The position numbers and the translations under genes were made by a program. Positions 49,113 to 58,842 of a stretch of 64,000 nucleotides of DNA are shown one piece after another. Where the stretch lies: IMG/VR virus record IMGVR_UViG_3300028833_002727, one strand, 5' to 3'. How positions within the stretch are numbered: position 1 is the first letter of the stretch; each line of letters begins with the position of its first letter. A model generated the notes under the pieces. It was not told where the DNA came from, did no database searches, and saw only the letters and a program-made list of their open reading frames with translations. Source of the stretch: a virus (lineage: Duplodnaviria; Heunggongvirae; Uroviricota; Caudoviricetes).

Positions 49113-50012
49113 ATGGAAACGATAAAGCAACGAAAATTCTGGGTTGAACACTACAATGACGAAAAATATGTTGCAATACGTTCTAAAATCAAAGAAGCCT
49201 TCAAAGATTTAATTTTTGATGAATTACCACACAAATATTACTTACACGGGAAAGAAATAACATGTGTATCAAACGTTACTCACCTGTTTGTGCCACATTT
49301 TGATGAAGATGGTATGGCGCAAGCGACGTTTGAGCGCAATTTCAACAATCCTAAATCACAGTATTACCGCATGACTCCTACAATGATTAAGGAATCATGG
49401 AAGAAAATATCAAGTGATGCGTGTGCTCTTGGTACTGATAGACACTTGTTTGCCGAAAGCCTATTTTATTTCACAACCGGACAATTGGATTTAGTGCCAG
49501 ATGAATTTAAGGAACGTATTAAAACAGATGAGAATGGTGAGACTATATTTTGTGCAGAAATGCCAAAAGAAGTTGCAGCCATGAATTTTTACAAAGATTT
49601 ACCTGATTGTTACATACCAATATTAGCGGAAACAAAGGTTTATGACGAAGATTTGAACTACAGTGGTACATTCGACTTATTGATGTATTACGATGCAACA
49701 CTGAACGGAAAAAGTGACAATAACAGTGGTTTGTTAGTCCTTGACTGGAAGACAAACAAGGATTTATACAAAAACTTCAATGGCGAGAAAATGTTATATC
49801 CGTTCGAAGACTTACTCAACATGAGTTTGAATGTGTATAAATTACAATTGTCCTTATACATGAACTGCATCGAGAAAATTGGTTTCAAAGTCATTGATCG
49901 AAAGCTAATGTGGCTGAAAAATGACGGTAGATACGAGAAGATTGAGTTAGAGGAGTATGTTGATAGACTTGTAAAATATCTAACAGAACACCCAATTAAA
50001 ATGAATAACTAA
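49113..50012 (+). CDS. PD-(D/E)XK exonuclease (Cas4/lambda-exo-like)
   Basis: ALGTDRH, ETKVYD...YSGTFDLL, VLDWKTNK, YKLQLSLY. Confidence 0.8.
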   Translation: METIKQRKFWVEHYNDEKYVAIRSKIKEAFKDLIFDELPHKYYLHGKEITCVSNVTHLFVPHFDEDGMAQATFERNFNNPKSQYYRMTPTMIKESWKKISSDACALGTDRHLFAESLFYFTTGQLDLVPDEFKERIKTDENGETIFCAEMPKEVAAMNFYKDLPDCYIPILAETKVYDEDLNYSGTFDLLMYYDATLNGKSDNNSGLLVLDWKTNKDLYKNFNGEKMLYPFEDLLNMSLNVYKLQLSLYMNCIEKIGFKVIDRKLMWLKNDGRYEKIELEEYVDRLVKYLTEHPIKMNN

Positions 50013-50032
50013 AAACAAAAAATATAAAGTAT

Positions 50033-50353
50033 ATGAAAGAATTAAAAACAGTAGAAGAATTAGATAAGTTGTTAACAGAACAAAACAGCACACTAACAAT
50101 CGTAAAGGTAGGCGCTCATTGGTGCGGCCCATGTAAAATGTTGGAACGTACAATTAGTGAAATTGAACCGACTCTTGAAGGTGTAGAATTTTATGCCGTT
50201 GACGTTGACGAAGCAGATGAAGAATTAGTTGAAAGATTTCAGGTTCAGAGTGTTCCAGTACTATTATTCTTCAATGAAGGATTACAGGTTGACAGAGTAA
50301 TTGGCGCACGTGGAAAATCTGAGTTACTTGAACTTATTGAAAAGAATAAGTAA
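50033..50353 (+). CDS. trxA: Thioredoxin
   Basis: WCGPC active site, VQSVP. Confidence 0.95.
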   Translation: MKELKTVEELDKLLTEQNSTLTIVKVGAHWCGPCKMLERTISEIEPTLEGVEFYAVDVDEADEELVERFQVQSVPVLLFFNEGLQVDRVIGARGKSELLELIEKNK

Positions 50354-50397
50354 AGAAATAGGGCATTAGTCCTATTTTTTTTGTATATTTGGTACAC

Positions 50398-51420
50398 ATG
50401 TTTGAAGAGATATACAAAATATTAGTTGAGTTTCTTGGTGAGAGTAAGCAAGGTGGTTATGATAGGGAGACATACCAGTACCAATTTGGATGCCCTCGTT
50501 GTATTGACGAATATGGTGAAGATGAGGCGCTGAAATACCACCTTGATATAAACATTAAGGATGGTATATTTAAATGCTGGAAATGCGTTTCCCAGGATGA
50601 GGATATGCAGGGTAAACTTGGTAAACTCATTAAAATGTACGGCTCTGCTGATCTTTACAAAAGGTACAAAGAGGCAATTAAATCTATAAAAGAGTCACAT
50701 TTGTATGAACTATCAGATTTCAGTGGACTAACAATTTCGTTTGAAGCCAACACGTACGTTCGTTTGCCAAAAACATTCAGACACATCAATATCAACAAGT
50801 GTCACGACAAGCGGTTACTTGAGTATTTAGAAAAGCGAAAAATCAACCAAGAATTTATAGATAAATTCTCTTTGGGTTACACAACATGGGATGAAGAAGA
50901 TTATTCCATGCGCAATCGTATTATTATTCCATCATATGATGAGTTCGGCGACTTGAATTACTATCTTGGGCGTGACTACACAGGTAAAAGTAAATTACGT
51001 TACAAGAACTGCGATGCTGACAAAAAAGAAATAGTCTTCCAGGAGTCACTAATCAATTGGGATTCAACAATCTATTTGTGTGAAGGTTCTTTTGATGCAA
51101 TGCGTTTTCCATCAAATGGTATAGCAATGCTTGGTAAAAGTCTCGGTAATGAATACGTTCTATATAAAAAAATTATGGAACGCGCAAATGCTGATGTTGT
51201 AATTGTGTTAGATGGAGATACGGCGGAAATTGAAACTAAAAAACTATACAAATTATTGAATGTTGGTAGATTGTTTGGTAAAGTAAAATATATCGACTTG
51301 TGGAACGGTATATCACCATACAAGGATATGAGTGAAATTTATGAGCACGATGGTAAAAAAGGTATCTTGAATGTGCTTAAACAAGTAAAACAATATAACG
51401 AAATAGATTTAATATATTGA
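50398..51420 (+). CDS. dnaG: DNA primase (Zn finger + TOPRIM)
   Basis: CPRC...CWKC, NRIIIPSYD, YYLGR, LCEGSFDAM, VLDGD. Confidence 0.85.
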   Translation: MFEEIYKILVEFLGESKQGGYDRETYQYQFGCPRCIDEYGEDEALKYHLDINIKDGIFKCWKCVSQDEDMQGKLGKLIKMYGSADLYKRYKEAIKSIKESHLYELSDFSGLTISFEANTYVRLPKTFRHININKCHDKRLLEYLEKRKINQEFIDKFSLGYTTWDEEDYSMRNRIIIPSYDEFGDLNYYLGRDYTGKSKLRYKNCDADKKEIVFQESLINWDSTIYLCEGSFDAMRFPSNGIAMLGKSLGNEYVLYKKIMERANADVVIVLDGDTAEIETKKLYKLLNVGRLFGKVKYIDLWNGISPYKDMSEIYEHDGKKGILNVLKQVKQYNEIDLIY

Positions 51421-51424
51421 TGAT

Positions 51425-51598
51425 ATGACGTTAAAATATGAAATAGAACTTGAAGTAAACTACGAGGTTTACGGCGAAAATCCAAAAGATGCTATAGAGG
51501 ATTGGAAGCGTGCTGTTGAGTATGCACTGACGCATGATTTAAATCAATGGGATATGACGACATATAAACTAAAATGCGTTGAAGAGAACATATTGTAG
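51425..51598 (+). CDS. Small hypothetical protein (57 aa, below ORF-track cutoff)
   Basis: MTLKYEIELEVNYEVYGENPKDAIEDWKRAVE...; fills the gap between primase and MTase. Confidence 0.55.
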   Translation: MTLKYEIELEVNYEVYGENPKDAIEDWKRAVEYALTHDLNQWDMTTYKLKCVEENIL

Positions 51599-51600
51599 TT

Positions 51601-52347
51601 ATGGAATTAAATAAAATATACAATATAGATGTATTGGTTGGGTTGAAACAATTGGCTGATGACTCAATTGATTTAATTATTACATCACCACCGTATAATA
51701 AAAACGGTATAAACGGTAGTATTAAACAAACAAAAAACTGTAAATGGACTAAAAGTATTGACTATGGTGGTGATAGTAACGTTGACAATCTACCAGAACC
51801 ATTGTATCAAGATTGGCAAATTCAAGTATTAAACGAGTGTTACCGTGTGTTAAAGCCAAAAGGTTCAATGTTCTACAATCACAAGAACAGAATTGAAACT
51901 GGTAAGGGTAGAATAATATCGCCATATCAATGGTTATTACACACAGATTTTAATATCCGTCAAGAAATTATTTGGGATAGAGGGAGTACAAATAACGTTG
52001 ATAAATCGAGATATTTACCGACTACAGAATTGATATTTTGGTTATCCAAATCTACACGCCCGAATTTTAGTAGGGAATTAGATACGAAATTCAAAAAAGA
52101 GGTGTGGAGTTTTCCGTTTGAAAAAAGCACGAAGCACCCAGCACCATTCCCAATAGATTTGCCTGATAATGTAATATCATGTATTCCAGATAAGGAAAAC
52201 ATTGTTGTTTTAGATCCATTCATGGGTTCTGGAACGACAGCGTTAAGTGCAATCAAAAATGGATGTAAAGGATATATAGGATTTGAGAAATTCCAAGAAT
52301 ATATTGATTTAGCAAACGAAAGAATAAAAAATTTATCGTATATTTAA
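51601..52347 (+). CDS. N4-C/N6-A DNA methyltransferase (beta class)
   Basis: IITSPPYN, YRVLKPKGS, HPAPFP, VLDPFMGSGTT. Confidence 0.92.
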   Translation: MELNKIYNIDVLVGLKQLADDSIDLIITSPPYNKNGINGSIKQTKNCKWTKSIDYGGDSNVDNLPEPLYQDWQIQVLNECYRVLKPKGSMFYNHKNRIETGKGRIISPYQWLLHTDFNIRQEIIWDRGSTNNVDKSRYLPTTELIFWLSKSTRPNFSRELDTKFKKEVWSFPFEKSTKHPAPFPIDLPDNVISCIPDKENIVVLDPFMGSGTTALSAIKNGCKGYIGFEKFQEYIDLANERIKNLSYI

Positions 52348-52443
52348 TAAGAAAAATAAAGCAGAGGAAAAATAAAAGCACCACCATATGATATTTTTCT
52401 CGGAACGGTAGTATTTATATATAAGAAAAAAGATATAAATATT

Positions 52444-53451
52444 ATGGGAAAAAAAATAACATCTGAAGAAATATTAGTAAATTTTAAAAAAGTACATGGC
52501 GATAGATATGATTATTCCTTAGTGAAAGATTTTATTGAAAGTAACAATTATAACGGTGTAAAAACAAAATTACCTATAATTTGTAGAGAACATGGGTTAT
52601 TTTTCCAAGATTATGGACATCATTATAATAGAAAACATGGGTGTCCAAAATGTGCTAAAAATGGCGTAAAATATACGTTTGAAGAATATAAAAAGAAAAT
52701 AAAAAGTATTTTTGGTGATGATATAATAGTCCTTAGTAATGATTATAAAAATTCTCACACAAAAATGAAATTTTTATGTAAAAAACATGGTGAATTTGAA
52801 ACTAAACCATATTATTTACTACAAAATCATGGTTGTCCATTGTGCGGTAGTGAAAAAACTGGCGACGCAATCAGATTAACACAAGAACAGTTTATTGAAA
52901 AAGCGCGTGTTGTCCATGGTAATAAATATGATTATAATAAATCTGTTTATATTGATTATGAAACATCACTAACAATTATATGTCATAAAAAGAATAGAAA
53001 AGGCGTTGAGCACGGTGAATTTCAACAAACACCACATTCACATTTACATGGTTGTGGTTGCCAAATATGCAATAGGAGCCATTTAGAACGCGAAATTGCT
53101 GATATATTAGATAATGAGAATATAAAATATGAAGAACAAAAACGTTTTTTGTGGCTTGGTTTAATGGAAGTTGATTTTTATTTACCAGATTATGATTTAG
53201 TAATTGAATGTCAAGGTGAACAGCATTATGTACCATGTAATTTTGGAAGTAAAGAAAAAACGCCAGAAGAAATGTTCAAATACGTGAAAGAAAGAGACGA
53301 AAAGAAAAAAAGAGCATTAGAAGAACACGGATTAGATGTGATTTATTACACACATTATGTTGAAGAAAATGAAAATACTTTTAATACTAAAGAAAATTTA
53401 AAAAAATATTTAGAAAAACGTGATAGAATTAAACAAGATTTACAATTGTAA
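52444..53451 (+). mobile_element. Free-standing mobile endonuclease (repeated Zn-binding/DUF723-like units plus C-terminal PD-(D/E)XK domain)
   Basis: Three VHG.KYDY...IIC..HG.F...H..GCP.C repeats, then EVDFYLPDYDLVIECQGEQHY. It has its own GTATTTAT upstream and is inserted between two MTases. Confidence 0.75.
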
Positions 53452-54544
53452 CTGTTTAGATGGTTTGCGCCAATTAGAAAATGAAACGGTTGATTTAACA
53501 GTTACATCTTGCCCTTATGATAATTTGAGGACATATGGTTCAACCGTAAATGAAGACACATGGAATTTTGATGTATTTAAACCAATCGCAAAAGAACTAT
53601 ACAGAGTAACAAGAAAAGGTGGCGTAGTTGTATGGGTTGTTGGCGACGCTGTAGTTGATGGTGGAGAAACTGGTAGTTCATTCAGACAAGCGTTGTATTT
53701 TCAGGAATGTGGTTTCAAACTACATGACACGATGATTTACGAAAAGAACAGTTCGACGTTCCCAGCACGCGCAGACTCAAAACGTTATAGCCAGATTTTT
53801 GAATACATGTTCGTATTCGTTAAAGGAAAAATTCGTAGCGATATTAAACTTATTGCTGATAAGAAAAACAAGTGGTTTGGTTGGACAAACTGGGGGCAGC
53901 ACTCACAATATGATACGGAAGGTAATTTGGTAAAAGCGAAGAATATACGCCCAATACCAGAATTTAGTCTTAGAACAAACATATGGAAATATAGTGTATC
54001 GTTTAATGATAAGACAGGACACCCAGCAGTATTCCCTGAAAAATTAGCTGAAGATAACATTCTATCTTGGAGTTGTGAAGGTGATTTAGTATTAGATCCA
54101 TTCATGGGTTCTGGAACAACCGCAAAAATGGCGATGCTTAACAACCGTAACTACATTGGCTTTGAGTTGAACAAAGATTATTATGAAAAATCACTTGAGC
54201 GTGTAGCAAAATATGAAGGTAAGGTTAATGACAGATTAACGGGTGTTACCATCATGGATGAGGTTGGCGAAAGCGAGATGGATTTACAATGCGATATTGA
54301 TAATGATAAGGAAATTGAAGGTAAAACCGCATTGTTTGCTCAATTACTTGATGAAATGAATAAGTATTTCAATGAGCAATCATTAAGTATTTTGAAGAAC
54401 CTCAAACTCACATTCGTAAACAAAGCAAATGATGAACGCGTTAAGAAAGTGATGTCTGGTGATACTGGAATTGAACCGAAATTAACCATTCCATCAAAAC
54501 CAAATGAAAATAATGGTGGCATCAAAATTAAAGTGAAAATTTAA
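53420..54544 (+). CDS. N4-C/N6-A DNA methyltransferase (beta class) with C-terminal extension
   Basis: VTSCPYD, LYRVTRKGG, HPAVFPE, VLDPFMGSGTT; GTG start overlapping the endonuclease end. Confidence 0.9.
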   Translation: MIELNKIYNCNCLDGLRQLENETVDLTVTSCPYDNLRTYGSTVNEDTWNFDVFKPIAKELYRVTRKGGVVVWVVGDAVVDGGETGSSFRQALYFQECGFKLHDTMIYEKNSSTFPARADSKRYSQIFEYMFVFVKGKIRSDIKLIADKKNKWFGWTNWGQHSQYDTEGNLVKAKNIRPIPEFSLRTNIWKYSVSFNDKTGHPAVFPEKLAEDNILSWSCEGDLVLDPFMGSGTTAKMAMLNNRNYIGFELNKDYYEKSLERVAKYEGKVNDRLTGVTIMDEVGESEMDLQCDIDNDKEIEGKTALFAQLLDEMNKYFNEQSLSILKNLKLTFVNKANDERVKKVMSGDTGIEPKLTIPSKPNENNGGIKIKVKI

Positions 54545-54545
54545 T

Positions 54546-55160
54546 ATGGCTCGAAAACCAAATTTTAAATATGACGATGAAGTATATGGTAAATTCGGTG
54601 AAGATGATTTCAAAAATTTCTGTGATGAAATAAATTACACTTTTTTAGACGTATCTAAAGATGAAAGATTCCAGATTGCAGATATTGATTTTCTAATTTC
54701 ACCATCACTGGATTTACCTTGTTACGGATTGGATATTATCAATGTTAAAGAACTTATTTTTGACAGGTATCCGAAAGATAGAATGCCATTGACTTATAAA
54801 TTTGAAGTGAAAACTGATACTCGTTCGTTTGAAACAAGAAACATTGTAGTTGAAATGATTTCACATGATTTTTCTGGGTGTATGGCTAACAGTAAAGCGG
54901 ATTTTGTATATTATGTTTTTGTTGATGATTCAGGTGATGAAATCGTGAAAAAAGAGGCATGGTATATCAATCTATATAAACTTAGAGAGTATCTACGAAT
55001 TAACTTCTTTGGACATAGAAAATATGAAGATTTTGATGATATAAGTAAAGAGTTTGGAATAATTACCAATAATTACGATACTTATGACGATAAAGTTGCT
55101 AACTTTTTAGTCAACATTGAAAAATTACAAGAAAATGGTATAGCAAAAAGAGTGTTTTAA
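54546..55160 (+). CDS. Restriction-endonuclease-like PD-(D/E)XK nuclease
   Basis: DIDFLI...FEVKTD...RNIVVEM...SKADFVYYVF; starts 2 nt after the MTase stop. Confidence 0.6.
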   Translation: MARKPNFKYDDEVYGKFGEDDFKNFCDEINYTFLDVSKDERFQIADIDFLISPSLDLPCYGLDIINVKELIFDRYPKDRMPLTYKFEVKTDTRSFETRNIVVEMISHDFSGCMANSKADFVYYVFVDDSGDEIVKKEAWYINLYKLREYLRINFFGHRKYEDFDDISKEFGIITNNYDTYDDKVANFLVNIEKLQENGIAKRVF

Positions 55161-55161
55161 T

Positions 55162-56001
55162 ATGATAACAAAAATAATACAAATAGGTGATATACATATT
55201 AGAAATTTACGTAGAAGTGACGAATATAAAACACAGTTTGATGAATTTCTAAACATGTGTAGTAAAATAGTAAACGAAAACGGTGTAGAAAACACGCGTA
55301 TCGTTGTATGCGGTGACGTATTACACAATAAAACAGATATTTCTCCAGAAGGATATACACTTGCAACGTGGTTTTTACGTAAATTAGATGATTTATGCAC
55401 CACGTTAGTGTTTGCTGGTAATCACGACGTTAACACTGGTAATACGAACAATCGTTTAGACCCTTTATCAGTAATATTCTCATTACATAATTTTAATAGA
55501 GTATATTATTTGGACAAAGAATTGGGTTACACATCTGGTAGCATCGCTGACGAAAACGTTGTATGGTGTCTATATTCAATATTTGATAAGTTCATGAAAC
55601 CAACAGGATTGGCTGAAATGCGTGCCAGTCCGGATTATGAAGGCGCAACATTTGTTGGATTATATCATGGAGAAGTTAAATCAGCAAAGACAGATGTTGG
55701 ATATGTGTTTGAAAACGGATTAGATCCTGAATATTTTAATGATGTTGATTTTGCGCTACTTGGACATGTACATAAAAGACAATGTATTAGTAGTAATGGC
55801 GTACAACTGGTATATTCTGGTAGTTTAATCCAGCAGGATCACGGAGAAAATATTTCTGGACATGGTTTTGTGGTTTGGGATGTTGAAAATCATACATATG
55901 AATGTCAGGATGTACCGAACGCAGAAAACGGTTTTTATACAGTAACAATAAATGGTGAAACCGATATAGATAAAAATAAAGAAGAGTTTATAAATTTATA
56001 A
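55162..56001 (+). CDS. sbcD: SbcD/Mre11 (gp47-like) metallophosphoesterase
   Basis: GDIH, CGDVLH, AGNHD, LYHG, LLGHVH, YSGSLIQQDHGE. Confidence 0.9.
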   Translation: MITKIIQIGDIHIRNLRRSDEYKTQFDEFLNMCSKIVNENGVENTRIVVCGDVLHNKTDISPEGYTLATWFLRKLDDLCTTLVFAGNHDVNTGNTNNRLDPLSVIFSLHNFNRVYYLDKELGYTSGSIADENVVWCLYSIFDKFMKPTGLAEMRASPDYEGATFVGLYHGEVKSAKTDVGYVFENGLDPEYFNDVDFALLGHVHKRQCISSNGVQLVYSGSLIQQDHGENISGHGFVVWDVENHTYECQDVPNAENGFYTVTINGETDIDKNKEEFINL

Positions 56002-56005
56002 CATT

Positions 56006-56293
56006 ATGGAAAAACGAGTTAATTCTAAAGAAGTTGGTTTATGGGTTGTGCGTGATGTAGATGGACTATATCTGTGTAACAGAAAACCATACAAAGATTT
56101 TCACGATGAAATGGATTTTGTATGGGGATGTGAAGGTGATTTCATAAAAATTGATAATATTGATAACTATTTTCAACAAAAATACAGTAAAGTATCTTAT
56201 TCTTCAATTTTTTCATCTTTGAAATATGAAGACGAACCAGTAAAAGTTGATATTTTACCACAACATTTTAATGAACAAATAGAAAAAGAATAA
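56006..56293 (+). CDS. Hypothetical protein
   Basis: 95 aa; LWVVRDVDG.LYL..RKP pattern seen in Bacteroidota phage small proteins. Confidence 0.6.
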   Translation: MEKRVNSKEVGLWVVRDVDGLYLCNRKPYKDFHDEMDFVWGCEGDFIKIDNIDNYFQQKYSKVSYSSIFSSLKYEDEPVKVDILPQHFNEQIEKE

Positions 56294-56322
56294 AAAAGCA
56301 ACCTACCTGGTTGCTTTTTCTT
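56293..56322. terminator. Bidirectional terminator
   Basis: AAAAAGCAACC-TACCT-GGTTGCTTTTT. Confidence 0.8.
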
Positions 56323-57082
56323 TTTTTAGGTTAAGGTTTATTTGATGAACCGCGTTCATCAATGGCGCATCACCATCTGCTTGCACGATAAGCGCAGGTA
56401 TATCTTTGTTTAAGCAATGTGAGTCATAATATGGTTGTTCTGGGTTGATAAATGTGTGACTATCGCCCATTCGTGGGTCGAGAACGAAAATTTCCCTCAA
56501 TTCCGGGTATGAAATACCGAATTTTTCAGCCAATTTAGCAAATTCTGCACAGAATGTTACTTTTAAACCTAAGAAACAGTTTTCCATGTATTTCGCTAAC
56601 TCGGCAGTTCTAAAATCAGTGAATGTTATGCGGAAATCTTTCGTCTTTACACTGTAATATAGTTGTGCAACCTGTTCTGTGTATTTTCTTTCACCAGCAA
56701 GAACCAAGAAATTTGGACTTGGATCAGCGTGACGCGTTGTACCGTAATATTCAGGAGAAAATACAATAGGATTGTAAGCACAGACGTTTCTCAAATACTC
56801 TGTACAACCAACAGGGATGGTTGATTTAATAACAAATACCTTTGTTTGACATGCAAATTTATCAATGCTCTCTTTTACAATTGAAAAATCACAAGAACCA
56901 TCACCTCTCATATCTGTTGGAACACATATAAACGTGAAGTCATACGTTTTTGGGATTTTAACTTTTGAATATTTGTCTATGTACTTGTCATAAATATCAA
57001 TATCACCAGCATTTTCTAATTCTTTATGCATGTGTTTGCCGATATTTCCATATCCAACAATCAAAATTTGTTTTTTACTCAT
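56303..57082 (-). CDS. ugd: UDP-glucose/GDP-mannose dehydrogenase family protein lacking the C-terminal domain
   Basis: IVGYGNIG Rossmann, FICVPT, VIKSTIPVG, FSPE, AELAKYMEN, DPRMG, HCLNKD (catalytic Cys). Confidence 0.8.
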   Translation of the reverse strand: MSKKQILIVGYGNIGKHMHKELENAGDIDIYDKYIDKYSKVKIPKTYDFTFICVPTDMRGDGSCDFSIVKESIDKFACQTKVFVIKSTIPVGCTEYLRNVCAYNPIVFSPEYYGTTRHADPSPNFLVLAGERKYTEQVAQLYYSVKTKDFRITFTDFRTAELAKYMENCFLGLKVTFCAEFAKLAEKFGISYPELREIFVLDPRMGDSHTFINPEQPYYDSHCLNKDIPALIVQADGDAPLMNAVHQINLNLKKEKATR

Positions 57083-57084
57083 GT

Positions 57085-57906
57085 TTACGTTGCTTTTTGT
57101 CTAATTTTATTTAAATTCCAGCCAGTTAAATCTGCTATCTGGTTAATTATCATTTTTCCGCGCTGGCTGTATGATGTTAATTGTCCCATAAAGTAAATGT
57201 GGTGTACTTTATGTTTCTGTGTATGTGTATTCAATTCGTTATATAAGCGAATAGCGTCTGATCCATTTTTACAAATCACAAATCTAAGCCGATTACCATC
57301 ATATGTTAGTATAACTTTGTTTTTGTATACGTAACATTGGATTACAATTGAATTATCCTCTAAAAACTCTTCCATAATCAGATTATCATAAATCCATTGG
57401 AATGTTTTTCTATCACTTTGTGGATTATATCCATATACCCAAAACTTTTCCTCTTTCAAACATGGAAATTTGTCATAAATCTTCCACACTTCTGAGTTTG
57501 TAGTATGTTCAACTAATCTACCATATTCATCACGTAATTTTGTTGGTAATTTATCCCCATCGTTTCGGATACGCTTCAAAATTAAATATTCCGAAACATA
57601 TTCTGTTGTGTTATACCTATCACTACCTAATCTTGAGGTATTAACATACTTTACTGGTAACAAAACGTTGCTATTTTCAGTTTCAAGAATTTTTTTAACC
57701 GCTTCAACCTCCGTTAAGTCGTGAAAAATTCCAATAAATTCATCTTGTTTGTTAAATGTGCATTTAACAATCTTAAAATCCCACGTTTCTTGCCACTCAC
57801 GCCCTCTTTTTCGTGGAGTGTGTTTTTTACCAGTTTTTTTATGTCTACCTACCTTTTTTTTGTAGTAATAGTAGTATTTTGTACCGTCTTTACGTGTTTT
57901 TATCAT
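57085..57906 (-). CDS. Hypothetical protein with basic N-terminus
   Basis: 273 aa; TTGACA-N16-TATATT upstream on the minus strand. Confidence 0.7.
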   Translation of the reverse strand: MIKTRKDGTKYYYYYKKKVGRHKKTGKKHTPRKRGREWQETWDFKIVKCTFNKQDEFIGIFHDLTEVEAVKKILETENSNVLLPVKYVNTSRLGSDRYNTTEYVSEYLILKRIRNDGDKLPTKLRDEYGRLVEHTTNSEVWKIYDKFPCLKEEKFWVYGYNPQSDRKTFQWIYDNLIMEEFLEDNSIVIQCYVYKNKVILTYDGNRLRFVICKNGSDAIRLYNELNTHTQKHKVHHIYFMGQLTSYSQRGKMIINQIADLTGWNLNKIRQKAT

Positions 57907-57932
57907 CTTTTTTATTGAAATATAGTAAAAAA

Positions 57933-57964
57933 TTTGGTTATGTCAAGTTTTTTTACTATCTTTG
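57933..57964 (+). promoter_or_regulatory. Bacteroidota host sigma-A promoter
   Basis: TTTG (57933-36)-N20-TATCTTTG (57957-64). Confidence 0.8.
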
Positions 57965-57993
57965 CACTCGAATTTAAAAAGAAAGGAGAAAAT

Positions 57994-58575
57994 ATGAAAA
58001 AAATTCTAGTTTTTATATTGTTTGCGTTTGTCGCAACGCAAATGTTTGGACAAAACAACGACACGTATGTCGGTAGTGCTTATTATCGTCCTATTGTAGG
58101 TGGATTGTATCAAAAAGATGACATTGTTGGTGCAGTGTTCTATGTCGACGAAACACGCAACGTTATGAAGTTACTATGTATCACGAGATATGATATTATG
58201 GGTGACGACAAATGGACATATACGAACCTATGCCGAAATCTAAAAAAACATGGCTGGAATTTACTAAACAAAAACGTATGTGAGGAATTTGTTGCTAACA
58301 TGCCGACAATTGAAGTAAATGAGACTTTAGATAAAAATCGGTATTATAATTTCTTACATTACGCGAACATAGCCATGGAAAGTGAACCAAATGGTAAACA
58401 TGTAAACATATTTAACCCCTATTTCAAAAATAGGCGATATGAAAAAACATGGCGATATGTAAATGTTATTTACGAAGATAATACAAAAATTGTTAAAGAA
58501 ATTGAAGGATTTTGCGTCACAGGGTGGCGAGAAGTCCCATTAGAACCAGAATATGTCACTCACTTTCCACGGTGA
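57994..58575 (+). CDS. Secreted/periplasmic hypothetical protein
   Basis: Probable start MKKILVFILFAFVATQMFG, a Bacteroidota-type signal peptide ending before Gln. Confidence 0.65.
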   Translation: MKKILVFILFAFVATQMFGQNNDTYVGSAYYRPIVGGLYQKDDIVGAVFYVDETRNVMKLLCITRYDIMGDDKWTYTNLCRNLKKHGWNLLNKNVCEEFVANMPTIEVNETLDKNRYYNFLHYANIAMESEPNGKHVNIFNPYFKNRRYEKTWRYVNVIYEDNTKIVKEIEGFCVTGWREVPLEPEYVTHFPR

Positions 58576-58597
58576 GTGATTTTTTTTATGTATATTT

Positions 58598-58822
58598 ATG
58601 TTGAAATTGAAATTAGATAATATGTATTTTTGTTTAGTAATAGCAATTTTGATGACATTTCTGTGGATTGATAATCTTGTAGTGTCATCCATAAATGCAC
58701 GTGTTAATCCTTATCAAAAAACTGATGAGGATAAAAATCGGGATGAGAGGGATGCGAAAAAACGCACCGCTTACATCATTATAGCCTCATTGTTTTGGGC
58801 TGCGGTTATATTCTTCTTTTGA
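58598..58822 (+). CDS. Small two-helix membrane protein
   Basis: 74 aa with hydrophobic ends. Confidence 0.6.
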   Translation: MLKLKLDNMYFCLVIAILMTFLWIDNLVVSSINARVNPYQKTDEDKNRDERDAKKRTAYIIIASLFWAAVIFFF

Positions 58823-58842
58823 TAATTCAAATTAAAATATAC

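Noticed and set aside
49113-50012. Cas4-like nuclease as part of a CRISPR system
   Set aside because: No cas1/cas2 or array nearby; this is a common phage exonuclease.
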